Source: Clostridiales bacterium (GTDB taxonomy: Bacteria > Bacillota > Clostridia > Oscillospirales > CAG-272). Taken from it: a stretch of 64,000 bases of DNA. This document shows positions 35,916 to 45,400 of the stretch, one piece after another. How positions within the stretch are numbered: position 1 is the stretch's first letter; every line of letters starts with the position of its first letter. The stretch spans positions 4,945 through 68,944 of the forward strand of contig DPGD01000042.1 in assembly GCA_003522145.1 (NCBI GenBank), read 5' to 3'. The position numbers and the translations under genes were made by a program. A model generated the notes under the pieces. It was not told the origin of the DNA. It did not search any database and saw only the letters and a program-made list of their open reading frames with translations.

Positions 35916-36263
35916 CTATCCTTCCCCTTGTTCATCACAAAGCTCATTGACCACGGCAATCCGTGTGCCGCTGACCGTGATTTCTGCGTATACCTTTCCT
36001 GCATTCTGATGAGTAATTTTTCTCAGAACCGGGGAGTCGCTTGATAGGATGTACGCATGCAAAACCGCACTGTTTGGTAAAATTTGCTCCACTGTGTGGC
36101 ATTCGATTCCAAAAAGCGCCTGCTTTTCCGGTTCCATATCCTCAAACACATTCATCATCGATACCGTATATCCCTTGAGTGAGCAGCGAAGTCCCGCGCA
36201 GAACGCTCCGTCGCAGCAAGGGAATCCGTCTTTTTTGCCGTCGCATTCCCACTCAATCCGCAT
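35916..36263 (-). CDS. Hypothetical 115-aa protein with a Cys-rich N-terminus, translationally coupled to the XRE regulator
   Basis: MRIEWECDGKKDGFPCCDGAFCAGLRC... The ATG is preceded by GAGGTG and overlaps the upstream gene by 11 nt. No family recognised. Confidence 0.55.
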   Translation of the reverse strand: MRIEWECDGKKDGFPCCDGAFCAGLRCSLKGYTVSMMNVFEDMEPEKQALFGIECHTVEQILPNSAVLHAYILSSDSPVLRKITHQNAGKVYAEITVSGTRIAVVNELCDEQGEG

Positions 36264-36753
36264 CGCCCGTCACCTCAATTTTGACGAACATGTTCCCGGT
36301 CTTCACTTCAGCTACAGGCCCCACAGCCCCTGATCGGAGCAGCTTCAGCGCCGGAACCACGGCGGGCATGGCATCTTTATTGCAGATGAGCTCCTCCAAA
36401 GTGCCCGATTCCTCCGCCCCAAACACCAGTTCTGCCGGAAATCGTGCCTTCACACTGCATGTATCCTTCCCGGTATCTGTATCTACCGTAATTTCCAGCA
36501 TCCGACGGTCTATGTTTTCCGTCTTTTTTAACTGTACGGTTGGAGCCTCTTCGCTCCCATGGATCAGCGTGTCCACAGTGCATCCGAGAATGGTCGCCAG
36601 CCGCCCCGTACTCTCAAGATCCGGGTAAGAGAGGTCATTCTCCCACTTCGACACGGCCTGTGCAGTCACACAACATTTTTCTGCCAGTTCCTCCTGCGTA
36701 AGCCCCACCTTTTTTCTGTGCAACGCGATGGTTTGTCCTATGGTCGTTTTCAT
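36253..36753 (-). CDS. XRE-family HTH regulator with an uncharacterized C-terminal domain
   Basis: IALHRKKVGLTQEELAEKCCVTAQAVSKWENDLSYPDL (HTH_3 type). AAGGAG RBS. The ~95-aa C-terminal domain was not recognised. Confidence 0.85.
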   Translation of the reverse strand: MKTTIGQTIALHRKKVGLTQEELAEKCCVTAQAVSKWENDLSYPDLESTGRLATILGCTVDTLIHGSEEAPTVQLKKTENIDRRMLEITVDTDTGKDTCSVKARFPAELVFGAEESGTLEELICNKDAMPAVVPALKLLRSGAVGPVAEVKTGNMFVKIEVTGDAD

Positions 36754-37339
36754 ATAGATTCACTCCTTCTATTATTTTCCCGGAAGATCCATCCTACACT
36801 TTGTTTTCCGGTGATATCCCCGGGATTGGACAAGGCGCAGTTTGATTCCGGTGAGTATAGTATAGCATTTTTGGGCAGTGGGGAAAAGCGACTGTCGGTT
36901 GTTTTTCAAGAGATTGTAGCAACAGTTTGTTGAATTTGTGCGAAAATCCCGATTCTGATTATATGTTGCGGTTGTGTAGTAGAGTCCTCGTTTGTCTGTG
37001 CCATCCGGTAATCTTCACCTGCGCATTCATCCATGCGTAGGATTTTTCCCTTGACACCCGTTTCTGCAAGGCATAGAAAATTTCTGTTTGGCTGCCGCTT
37101 AAAAAGAATACAATAAGACTGTTGTATACGGTAATAAGCAGGGAAACTGTGCGGGCGGTTTCCATCTGAATCAGCAGTAATAATCGATTTCTTTTAGCAA
37201 GTTTCCCAATACTCCTAAAAGATACGGCGCAGCACCGTCACCGATACTGCACCGCATCCCCTACATAAATATTTCCTTATCCGACATTCCCAAAATCTTT
37301 TTTTCTTCTTCCAAAGTCCTTTTTCACAGAGCGTCCGCT

Positions 37340-38299
37340 TCAATCCTTCTTGGAGCCGATCCTCTGCCCCTGAAGCACCCGGTATTCGTTGTCCGGCGTA
37401 CAATGGCTCCGGATTTCGGGCAGAAGCTCAATCTTGTTCCTCTGGAAGAGCAGAACAATGGTGGAGCCGGCTAACTCGAAGTGTCCCATTTCCTCCCCTT
37501 TGCGGAAGAAGCGGTTTTCAAATTCGTTGACAATGCCGCCGACCAGCAGTGCGCCTACGGCGATCTGAGCCACCGTTTCGAAATTTTCGGTCTCCATCAA
37601 AGTCCACATTCTGCGGTTCAGCCGATAAACCGGAACCCGTTCGCAGGCGATGGGCTGTACACTGTGCAGGGTTCCGTTGATAAAGTGGTTTTTCCCCTGA
37701 AAACCGTTGTCAATAAAGCAATAGCGATGGTAGTCCAGGGGTGTCAGCCGGAACACCAAGCATTGCCCGCCGAGAAACAGCTCCGGCGCCCGCTCGTCCT
37801 GAACCAGATCCGAAACGCTGTAGTAGGAGCCTTTGATGCAGAAACGGCTGTCCTTTTCGATCGGATAAACACTCAACCATCCGTCGCAGGGACTGATCAT
37901 GTGCGAAGGGGTATGATCCACCGGCACATCGGGGCGTCTACGCACGAAAAAATCCTGAAAGTTTCTGAAATGCTGATCGCCAAAGGGGGACATATCAATG
38001 TTGTTCTTTTTTATGTACCGCTTGATGAGCGGTCTGGACATCCCGGTTCCCATAAACCATTCCGCCACGGTCAGGGCACCGGTATGCTGGATACCCTTCA
38101 GCATGATTCTGCCGGTGCGGGTGGAATAGAGATAATGAACAAAGTCACGCTTCTTTTGTCTTTTTTGGCTCTTTTTGTTCTTTTTCACTGTCACCGTATA
38201 CCTCACTTTCTCAAAGTGTTCTGTGCAGTATATAGGAGGAATTCCGAAGGCAATTTTCTCCAAAAAACCTGTCGGAAAGACTTTAAAGGGGATCTGCAT
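37340..38299 (-). CDS. psd: Phosphatidylserine decarboxylase proenzyme
   Basis: FQDFFVRRRP, SPCDGW, RLTPLDYHRY, and the self-cleavage site context FELAGSTIVLLF. The exact start is uncertain because the Lys-rich N-terminal region offers several candidates. Confidence 0.85.
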   Translation of the reverse strand: MQIPFKVFPTGFLEKIAFGIPPIYCTEHFEKVRYTVTVKKNKKSQKRQKKRDFVHYLYSTRTGRIMLKGIQHTGALTVAEWFMGTGMSRPLIKRYIKKNNIDMSPFGDQHFRNFQDFFVRRRPDVPVDHTPSHMISPCDGWLSVYPIEKDSRFCIKGSYYSVSDLVQDERAPELFLGGQCLVFRLTPLDYHRYCFIDNGFQGKNHFINGTLHSVQPIACERVPVYRLNRRMWTLMETENFETVAQIAVGALLVGGIVNEFENRFFRKGEEMGHFELAGSTIVLLFQRNKIELLPEIRSHCTPDNEYRVLQGQRIGSKKD

Positions 38300-38414
38300 A
38301 TCCCTACACCATACTACACTGTTTTTGTTTGATTGTCAAGATATTTCTGAAAAAACCGCTTGTGTTTCCGGATTGGCTTGAAAACGCAGGCTCCGATTGT
38401 TCAGAACAGGAAAT

Positions 38415-38587
38415 GGGGGTGTTTAAAAACTCGGTCAGAGTTTTTTGACACCCCCGATGACTGCCGCAAAGTCCACCGGAACTTCTATAAAATGAAGGGA
38501 AAAACCGACCAGGATCACATCCAAAATGCCGGATTCCCAAAGGCCTTTCGGAGGGGCTGTAAAACAAGCAGGTTCTTTTACAGCCCC
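38415..38587 (-). repeat. Family-R multi-hairpin repeat, short variant, reverse orientation
   Basis: On the plus strand, hairpin C is GGGGGTGTTTAAAAAC..GTTTTTTGACACCCCC. The core complement follows (GAAGGGAAAAACCGACCAGGATCAC), then a degenerate hairpin B, then hairpin A GGGGCTGTAAAAC..GTTCTTTTACAGCCCC. Confidence 0.88.
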
Positions 38588-38659
38588 TTCGGGATGGTTC
38601 TGTTAGCAGGGAGAAACTGACGGGGAGAAATTTCCGAAAGGAGAAGTATTCGGGCCTGT

Positions 38660-40594
38660 TCAGTTCTGCTCGATATATTTTTCTTCGGTTTCCTTAACCG
38701 CACGGGCAAGAAATTCCTCAAAGGGCACGCAGCCGGCATCTCCGTTTTTCCGATCCCTGACGGCAACCGTGCCTTCTGCCGCTTCCTTGGCGCCCAAAAC
38801 CAACATATAAGGTACCTTCTGCAGTTGGGCTTCCCGGATCTTATAGCCGATCTTTTCCTCCCGTTCGTCCAGCTCCACGCGCAGTCCCTTTGCCCGCAGC
38901 TTGGCCGTGACCTCTTCGGCATAGGGGTGCTGCTCCAAACCGATGGGCAGAACCTTTATCTGGACGGGTGCCAGCCACATAGGCAGTGCGCCTGCAAATT
39001 TTTCAATGATGAGGGCAAGGGTCCTCTGGTAACAGCCGATGGAGGTACGGTGAATGATATAGGGATTCTTTTTCTGACCGTCCCGATCCACATACTCCAT
39101 GCCGAACTTTTTAGAGAGCATCTGGTCGATCTGAATGGTGATGAGGGTGTCTTCCTTTCCGTGAACATTCTTGCACTGAATGTCCAGTTTGGGGCCGTAG
39201 AAGGCGGCTTCGCCAATGCCTACCTTGTATTCCACACCCAGATCGTCTAAAATCTTCTTCATGGTGCTCTGCGCTTCGTCCCACTGCTCCTCGGTGCCGA
39301 TATACTTTTCCCGGTTATTCGGATCCCACTGGGAGAAGCGGTAGGAAACATCCTGCTGGAGTCCGATGCATTTCAGACAATAATTGGCCAATTCGAGACA
39401 TCCCCGGAATTCATCCTCCAGCTGTTCAGGCGTGCACATCAGGTGCCCTTCGGAAATGGTGAACTGACGGACGCGGATCAGTCCGTGCATCTCTCCCGAA
39501 TCCTCGTTGCGGAACAGGGTAGAGGTTTCATTGTAGCGCAAAGGCAGATCCCTGTAGGAGCGGGCTTTGTTCAGGTATGCCTGATACTGGAACGGACAGG
39601 TCATGGGGCGCAGAGCTAAACAATCCGGGTCGTCGGGGTTGCCGATGACAAACATACCGTCCAGATAGTGATCCCAGTGGCCCGAAATTTTATAGAGATC
39701 GGATTTTGCCATAAAGGGAGTCATGGTAGGAATCCAGCCCCTTTTTGCCTCTTCATCCTCCACAAACCTCTGCAGAATTCTCACCACCGTGGCGCCCTTG
39801 GGCAACAGGATCGGCAGGCCCTGTCCGATCACATCCGATGTGGTGAAGTATTCCAGTTCTCTGCCCAACTTGTTGTGATCCCGTTTCTTGGCCTCTTCCT
39901 GCTTCTCTAAGTAGGCGTTCAGTTCCTCCTTGGAGGGGAAGGCGGTGCCGTAGATTCTCTGGAGCATCTTGTTTTTGGAGTTTCCCTCCCAGTAAGCGCC
40001 CGTACAGGCTGTCAGCCTGAAGGCTCTGACGGCGGCGGTAGAGAAGAGGTGCGGACCTGCGCACAGATCGGTGAATTCGCCCTGCCGGTAGAAGGAAATC
40101 TCCTCCCCCTCGGGAATCCGCTCAATGAGCAGTTCCTTGTAAGGCTCCTCTATTTTGCGCACCAGCTCCAGCGCTTCGTCCTTGGGCAGGGTGAAGCGTT
40201 CAATGCGCAGGTTTTCGCTGACGATCTTCTTCATTTCCTTCTCAAGGGCACGCAGTTGTTCCGGTCCGAAGGTGACTTCCGAATCAAAATCGTAGTAGAA
40301 GCCGTTTTCAATGGCCGGACCGATGGTCAGCTTTGCCTGGGGATACAGCCGTTTGACCGCCTGAGCCAAAATATGGGCGGCTGTATGGCGGTAGACCTTT
40401 CTTCCTTCCTCGTCGGCGAAGGTCAGGGGAGAAACGGCGTCGCCCTCCTTAAGAACCGTGGAAAGAGCCACCGTTTTTTGGCAGACGGTAGCCGCCAGCA
40501 CCTCCTTTGAAATCTTCCCGGCTTCTTTCAGCGCATCGTAAACGGTTGCACCGGAAGCACACTCAAAGCTTTCGTTTTCAATCAGAATTTTCAT
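38660..40594 (-). CDS. thrS: Threonine--tRNA ligase
   Basis: 644 aa with a TGS domain N-terminus, editing-domain HTAAHILAQAVKRLYP, and class II core motifs (FRNEDSGEMHGLIRVRQF). Confidence 0.95.
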   Translation of the reverse strand: MKILIENESFECASGATVYDALKEAGKISKEVLAATVCQKTVALSTVLKEGDAVSPLTFADEEGRKVYRHTAAHILAQAVKRLYPQAKLTIGPAIENGFYYDFDSEVTFGPEQLRALEKEMKKIVSENLRIERFTLPKDEALELVRKIEEPYKELLIERIPEGEEISFYRQGEFTDLCAGPHLFSTAAVRAFRLTACTGAYWEGNSKNKMLQRIYGTAFPSKEELNAYLEKQEEAKKRDHNKLGRELEYFTTSDVIGQGLPILLPKGATVVRILQRFVEDEEAKRGWIPTMTPFMAKSDLYKISGHWDHYLDGMFVIGNPDDPDCLALRPMTCPFQYQAYLNKARSYRDLPLRYNETSTLFRNEDSGEMHGLIRVRQFTISEGHLMCTPEQLEDEFRGCLELANYCLKCIGLQQDVSYRFSQWDPNNREKYIGTEEQWDEAQSTMKKILDDLGVEYKVGIGEAAFYGPKLDIQCKNVHGKEDTLITIQIDQMLSKKFGMEYVDRDGQKKNPYIIHRTSIGCYQRTLALIIEKFAGALPMWLAPVQIKVLPIGLEQHPYAEEVTAKLRAKGLRVELDEREEKIGYKIREAQLQKVPYMLVLGAKEAAEGTVAVRDRKNGDAGCVPFEEFLARAVKETEEKYIEQN

Positions 40595-40657
40595 GCGGTT
40601 TCTCCTTTTCTTTTTGAATTGTAAGGCTTATTTTCGTTGGGTGAAGGGAGTGAGGAG

Positions 40658-40882
40658 AAAATAAAAAAGCCCTCGCCCCCTTTGGACAAATCTGTCCCTT
40701 CGGGGTGAGGCACATATAGTTCCCGCACGGTTCCACCCGAGTTTTTCACTCATTGTGTTCGGTTTTTTACAATCCGGGCGGTACCGCTTTTTCATCATAC
40801 CGGGCGGCACTTTCACCTGCTTGCCGCTCTCTTTGCCGAGCCTTGAAAAGGGCTTGTTCCGGAAGGATCCTTACATTCGGAT
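40658..40882 (-). promoter_or_regulatory. T-box riboswitch leader of thrS
   Basis: The minus strand carries the stem I elements AGAGAG and a GCGGCA-agcAGGTGAAAG-TGCCGC distal hairpin. It also carries the T-box sequence CTCGGGTGGAACCGTGCGGGA (plus strand 40724-40741). The terminator is GCCTCACCCC..GGGGGCGAGGGC followed by TTTTTTATTTT. A candidate ACC specifier lies within GCGGTACCGC. Confidence 0.8.
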
Positions 40883-40888
40883 GCGACA

Positions 40889-40917
40889 ACTATACCACGA
40901 AAACCCCCATTTGTCAA
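40889..40917 (-). promoter_or_regulatory. thrS promoter
   Basis: The minus strand has TTGACA, a 17-nt spacer and TATAGT. Confidence 0.75.
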
Positions 40918-41049
40918 GAAAAATTTTTCCCGCATTCCGGGAAATTATGTGAACAAGCTGAATTTTCAGTGAAAAAAGCCATTGTTCCCTTGACTTTTTT
41001 TCGTTTCGTGCTATGATGAAGGGGAAATCGAGAAAGGAAGAAAGAGTAT

Positions 41050-42552
41050 ATGCGAATGAAAAACGCAATACCTCTGTTGTTGGTGCTGACCATAGCGGCA
41101 ACGGGATTGGCGGGTTGCGGCAAAACCACCACAAACGCTCCTGTTTCCGGAACGCCGACGGCAGAAGAGCTGCATCTGGAGGAGCGTATGGACGAAACCG
41201 TCCTCACCGTGAATGGCAGGAGCATTTCCTATGAAAGCTATCGGCAGTACTATTTTACGGTGCTGGCCGCCATGGGGGAAGAGGAGCAGAAGGTGTACAC
41301 CGATGCTTCTGCCGATAAGGAGACCCAAGAAAAGTATCGGACTCTGGTGGTTCGAGAAATTGTGAGAGACCAGACCATTCTGGAGCTGGCAGAGGGATTC
41401 GGTGTTCTTCCCGGTGAAGAAGAGGAAGCGGAAGTGGACGCCGCCATTGAAAGCATCAAGAAAAATGTGGTGTCAACCGGGTTGACCTATGAGGAATATC
41501 TTGCCCGGTTTTACAGAACCCCGGAGGTTCAGAGAGCCGGAATGCTTTTGAATAACTATACCTACGGTGCGGTGTTCGGGTATCTTTACGATCGGAATCA
41601 TGCGGTGATCGATCGTTCGCCGGAGACGATCCGGGAGCAGATGGCAAAGACCGGATGCTCTCTCAGACTGGTGCTGGATGGAAGCGTTTACCGCCTGGAA
41701 GCGGCCCGGAAGTTGGCTCAGTCCCTGCGTGCGCTGATTACCGACGCTTGGGAATATGCGGAAACGGTCAGCGACAAGGTAACGGCTCTTTCGGCTCTCA
41801 CCGGGTTCCTTGCCGATTACGACAGGGCGGCGGCCGAAAATTCCATGGTGAGCAGTTTTGAGGAGTATGCCAATCGGCAAAGACTCTTGAAGGAGTTGTT
41901 GGAGAGTGGCAGTGCCGGTGCGGCGTTGACCGGTTTGCAGACGGCGGCAGAACAGGTCAGCGGGGCGAGCGAAACCCTTGCAGGCATTAAAGCTTTTGCG
42001 AAGAATGCGGGAGAAAACGAAGCCGATGCCGCAACCTGCCAAGAGCTCTTCCGGACCTATAAGCAGGAGCTGGAGGACTGGCAAAGGGACTTTTTCAATG
42101 ACGAAAGGGACAGTGAGCCCTCCTCGAAGGAACGCAATCTGCTGTTTGCGCTGCAGACGGTTTCCGCAGCGCTGACCGACCTTGGTTCGTCGGAAAAGGA
42201 GAATGTGGTGCAGTTGACCAAAAACCTCCTTTCTGCGGCTTTCGGCGAGGCCGTGCAGACCTACAGCGCCTACAGACAGAATGTGGAAACGGGGGAATAC
42301 TTCCTTAAGGAGGAGGCGGAAGAGAGCTTCTACAAAGAGTATGAAGCTCTGAAGGCGGGAGAGCTGAGCCAGCCGGTCAGCACCTCCTACGGCACGGAAC
42401 TGATTCTGCGTCTGGAGTGCGACTATGACTATTATGCGGAAAGCATCTATGACGATTATGCGGTGAATGCCTGGATACAGGATCGGATTTCCAAAGCTCA
42501 GATCACCTACGGAGAATTGTTTGAGCTGGTGAATTTTGAAAATCTGAAGTAA
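41050..42552 (+). CDS. Lipoprotein, PrsA/SurA-like foldase (degenerate PpiC-type domain at the C-terminus)
   Basis: Lipobox ATGLAGC. SurA-N-like LTVNGRSISYESYRQYYF. C-terminal GELSQPVSTSYGTELILRLE resembles the parvulin signature. Long Ala/Glu-rich insert. Confidence 0.6.
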   Translation: MRMKNAIPLLLVLTIAATGLAGCGKTTTNAPVSGTPTAEELHLEERMDETVLTVNGRSISYESYRQYYFTVLAAMGEEEQKVYTDASADKETQEKYRTLVVREIVRDQTILELAEGFGVLPGEEEEAEVDAAIESIKKNVVSTGLTYEEYLARFYRTPEVQRAGMLLNNYTYGAVFGYLYDRNHAVIDRSPETIREQMAKTGCSLRLVLDGSVYRLEAARKLAQSLRALITDAWEYAETVSDKVTALSALTGFLADYDRAAAENSMVSSFEEYANRQRLLKELLESGSAGAALTGLQTAAEQVSGASETLAGIKAFAKNAGENEADAATCQELFRTYKQELEDWQRDFFNDERDSEPSSKERNLLFALQTVSAALTDLGSSEKENVVQLTKNLLSAAFGEAVQTYSAYRQNVETGEYFLKEEAEESFYKEYEALKAGELSQPVSTSYGTELILRLECDYDYYAESIYDDYAVNAWIQDRISKAQITYGELFELVNFENLK

Positions 42553-42580
42553 CAGAAATCCTGAAAAGTTCTCGAAAAAG

Positions 42581-42621
42581 AAGCAGAGACAATGCCCGAA
42601 AGAGCAAAGTCTCTGCTTTTT
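42581..42621 (+). terminator. Terminator hairpin (variant family-R terminal module) after the foldase-like lipoprotein gene
   Basis: AAGCAGAGAC-loop-GTCTCTGCTT followed by TTTGCC. It has the same stem as 13155-13190 and is followed by TTTGCCGCAGAG..GATTGATTTCAGGAAGGGGGAAAACC, which resembles the family-R core in reverse orientation. Confidence 0.65.
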
Positions 42622-42711
42622 GCCGCAGAGGTGTTTTCCGATTGATTTCAGGAAGGGGGAAAACCTTGTTTTTACAGATTCTCCCTGCTTACCGAACCTT
42701 GTTCCGGTTTT

Positions 42712-43122
42712 TTATTCCTTTTCCAGCATTTTGATTTTCTTGTAGTAATAGCGCATAATATCCCGACGGGTGACAATGCCCACAAAGGAGTCGGTGTCGT
42801 CTACCACCGAAACATAATTCTGATCCATCACCTTCAGAAGCAGATCGTCCATATCGGCGGTGATGCGTACCGGGTCTCTGCCCTCTCTGTGGAGAATTTC
42901 CTTCACCCGTATTTTCTCATCGGCGTGGGAATCCTCTCTGCCGTAGAGAGTCCACAGAAAGTCGCCCTCCTTCACCGAACCGGCGTATTTTCCGTCTTTG
43001 GTCAGCACCGGAACGGCGGAATAGCCGTGGTAACGCATTTTTTCCAGTCCCTGGCGCAGGGTGTTGTTTTCATAGATGTAGATGATCTTGCTTTTCGGAA
43101 TGATAAAAAAGGCAACATTCAT
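42712..43122 (-). CDS. CBS-pair domain protein
   Basis: 136 aa with two CBS motifs (HGYSAVPVLTKDGKYAGSV and YVSVVDDTDSFVGIVTRRDIM). Confidence 0.85.
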   Translation of the reverse strand: MNVAFFIIPKSKIIYIYENNTLRQGLEKMRYHGYSAVPVLTKDGKYAGSVKEGDFLWTLYGREDSHADEKIRVKEILHREGRDPVRITADMDDLLLKVMDQNYVSVVDDTDSFVGIVTRRDIMRYYYKKIKMLEKE

Positions 43123-43177
43123 AAAAGGCGCTCCTTTTTTGAATTTTCCGGAGATTCCTCTCCGGGTAAGAAAGGAA

Positions 43178-44476
43178 TCAGGTCAATTCATAGCCGCCGC
43201 AGACCATTCTGAAAGAACCTTCAAAAAGAGCCCGGCACAGTTCAATCATATAGGCCGTGTCCTTGATTCCGGCGCTTTCATAGGCAGAATGCATGGCAAG
43301 CTGGGGCAAGCCCACATCGGCAGAGGAAACGGAAACCCTTGTGGTGGCGATATTGCCTAAGGTAGAGCCGCCGCCCATATCCGACCGATTGGCATAACTC
43401 TGCACCGGAATGCCCTCTTTTTTACAGAGGTATTTCACATAGGCTTCGGAGATGCCGTCGGTGGTGTATTTCTGACCGGCATTGAATTTCAGAACCACAC
43501 CGCCGTTCAGGACCACCCGGTTCTCCGGATCGGCATATTCCGGGTGATTGGGATGCACCGCATGAGCGTTGTCGCAGGAAAGAAGGAAAGAGGAAGCAAG
43601 TGCTTGTAAATAGTCCTCTTCCGCAGGACAGATGCGCCTTAAAACATCGTAAAGGAATGTGGAGGCCGCCCCCTGCCGGGTTCCGGAGCCTACCTCTTCG
43701 TTGTCAAAGACGGCACAGACCGGCAGAGATTTTCCTGCTTTGGCCGCGAGAAAGCCCTTCAGCGTGGAGAAGGCGCATTGCAGATCGTCTAAGGCCCTTG
43801 AGGAGATGTATTCCTGATTGCAGCCCCAGATGCAACCCTTTTGCCGTGCATAAACATAAAGGTCCTGCCCTAAAATTTTCTCCTCCTCCACACCCAGTTC
43901 TTGGGCAACCAGACTTAAAAACCGGCCTTTGGATTCTTTGCCGCCGAAAAGCGGGACGGTGTCTACCGCCGGATTGTATTTCATGCCGTCGTTGGCATTG
44001 CGGTTCATGTGGATAGCCACCGAGGGAATGAGCAACAGATCCCGATCGATATTCAGAAGCCGCATCTCCATACCCCGGTCGGTCTCCACCAGCACTCTTC
44101 CGGCCACCGACAGGGGTCTATCCAACCAGGTGGAGCAGATCATTCCGCCGTAACGCTCGGTGTTCAGCCGGACAAATTCGCCGGTCAGCTCCCCCTTGTC
44201 CTTGATCTTGAAGCAGGGATAATCGCTGTGGGCGGCGGAAATGCTGAAGCCGGTATAGTCCTTTTGGTAGCGGAAGGCAATGACGGAGCTGCCGTTCCGG
44301 CAGACAAAATAGCCCTTTCCCTCTTCCGGATTCCATTTTTCGCTTTCTTTGAGCTCGGTATAGCCCTCCTTTTCCAGCAGGGAGGATATGGTTTGCACGG
44401 CATGAAAGGAGCTGGGACTGGCATCAATAAAGTCCAAAAGCTCGGTGGCAAGTGCTTTTTCTTCATAGTTCTTCAT
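43178..44476 (-). CDS. M18-family aminopeptidase, second paralog
   Basis: FIDASPSSFHAV, SAAHSDYPCFKIK, FDNEEVGSGTRQGA, and the C-terminal GLPQLAMHS. Confidence 0.88.
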   Translation of the reverse strand: MKNYEEKALATELLDFIDASPSSFHAVQTISSLLEKEGYTELKESEKWNPEEGKGYFVCRNGSSVIAFRYQKDYTGFSISAAHSDYPCFKIKDKGELTGEFVRLNTERYGGMICSTWLDRPLSVAGRVLVETDRGMEMRLLNIDRDLLLIPSVAIHMNRNANDGMKYNPAVDTVPLFGGKESKGRFLSLVAQELGVEEEKILGQDLYVYARQKGCIWGCNQEYISSRALDDLQCAFSTLKGFLAAKAGKSLPVCAVFDNEEVGSGTRQGAASTFLYDVLRRICPAEEDYLQALASSFLLSCDNAHAVHPNHPEYADPENRVVLNGGVVLKFNAGQKYTTDGISEAYVKYLCKKEGIPVQSYANRSDMGGGSTLGNIATTRVSVSSADVGLPQLAMHSAYESAGIKDTAYMIELCRALFEGSFRMVCGGYELT

Positions 44477-44655
44477 GGTGAAATTCCTTTCTTGGGGACA
44501 TAAAGAAAAGTTTTTCCGAGGATATTCCTCTCTTCGCCTATTCTATCATATTTCCATCCGGTTTTCAATATCCTTTCTTCTGAAATTCTTCTGAATATTG
44601 GGAAAACTCTTTGCGGTGGTTCTGAAAGTTAATACCTTTTTGTCTGATGTTGCTA

Positions 44656-44684
44656 TTTACATTTCTGTAAAAAAATGGTATAAT
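44656..44684 (+). promoter_or_regulatory. Promoter of the 103-aa HTH gene
   Basis: TTTACA, a 17-nt spacer ending in TGG, and TATAAT (extended -10). Confidence 0.65.
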
Positions 44685-44728
44685 TCAGGTGAAAAAGGAA
44701 GTCGGGATGCCGACAGAAAGGGGAAAAA

Positions 44729-45040
44729 ATGGAAGGACGAGACAAACACTACAGACCCAGTCGAGGGATAGAGCGTGCCTGCGGGGGAATTCTGGAATCG
44801 GTACATAGCTGGCCCTATACGGAATACATGGAGCTGGCCGGAAGCTGTGTGGGACGGGATTGGGACGAAAAACAGCAGAAAAACCTTTGCGAAGCCATCA
44901 AGCTGAATCTGATCAACCGTAAGGAATACCCCTTTGAGGTGTTGCAGAGAAAATACGGGCTTCCTTGCAGTCAGAAGCTGTTCCGGAAAGAATCCAGAAA
45001 ATTCATAAGAATTTTTTCGGGACTGTGCGGTTTTGAGTAA
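44729..45040 (+). CDS. Small phage-type transcriptional regulator (ArpU/RinA-like C-terminal HTH), hypothetical
   Basis: 103 aa. The C-terminus FEVLQRKYGLPCSQKLFRKESRKFIRIFSGLCGFE resembles the region-4-like HTH tail of phage late regulators. This rests on pattern recognition only. Confidence 0.5.
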   Translation: MEGRDKHYRPSRGIERACGGILESVHSWPYTEYMELAGSCVGRDWDEKQQKNLCEAIKLNLINRKEYPFEVLQRKYGLPCSQKLFRKESRKFIRIFSGLCGFE

Positions 45041-45330
45041 ACAGGGCTTTGGGGTCTTTCGGACTGAACACCCGTGCCGTGTGCGTTCCTTTGTCCCGGA
45101 AGGCGGAAAAACCGTTTAAGACCGAAGCACCGGGTTGTTTTGGCACATCTGCGATGCCCAAAAGAGAATGTTGCTCCGGCATATAAATGAAAGGTCCTAT
45201 TTCGGTTGGTACAATACCACTGTATGTTTTTTGTTGTAATTTACTGTCGACAGTTTCTTTCGATATCGCATCAGTTGTAACGCTGCACACAACATTTTTT
45301 TAAAAATATTAAAAAAATGACCAAAAAAAC

Positions 45331-45359
45331 TTGACAAAACAATCGATATGTGATACACT
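45331..45359 (+). promoter_or_regulatory. Promoter of the DUF4279-like cassette
   Basis: TTGACA, a 17-nt spacer ending in TGA, and TACACT, located in a very AT-rich stretch. Confidence 0.65.
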
Positions 45360-45400
45360 AAAAACAAAGAAAGACTCATTCGTATCGGAGGTGCGTTGGG

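Noticed and set aside
36959-37165. 68-aa ORF (METARTVSLLITVYNSLIVFFLSG...) between the XRE gene and psd
   Set aside because: It has a hydrophobic N-terminus but no RBS and no family resemblance. It could be a gene fragment, and the evidence is too weak to call.
40628-41016. Small ORFs (62-87 aa) in the thrS upstream region
   Set aside because: The region is fully explained by the T-box leader and two divergent promoters.
45003-45290. 95-aa minus-strand ORF in the gap between the HTH gene and the cassette promoter
   Set aside because: It has no RBS and no recognisable motifs, and it overlaps the 3-prime end of the HTH gene. The ~290-nt gap remains unexplained, and a small RNA cannot be excluded.
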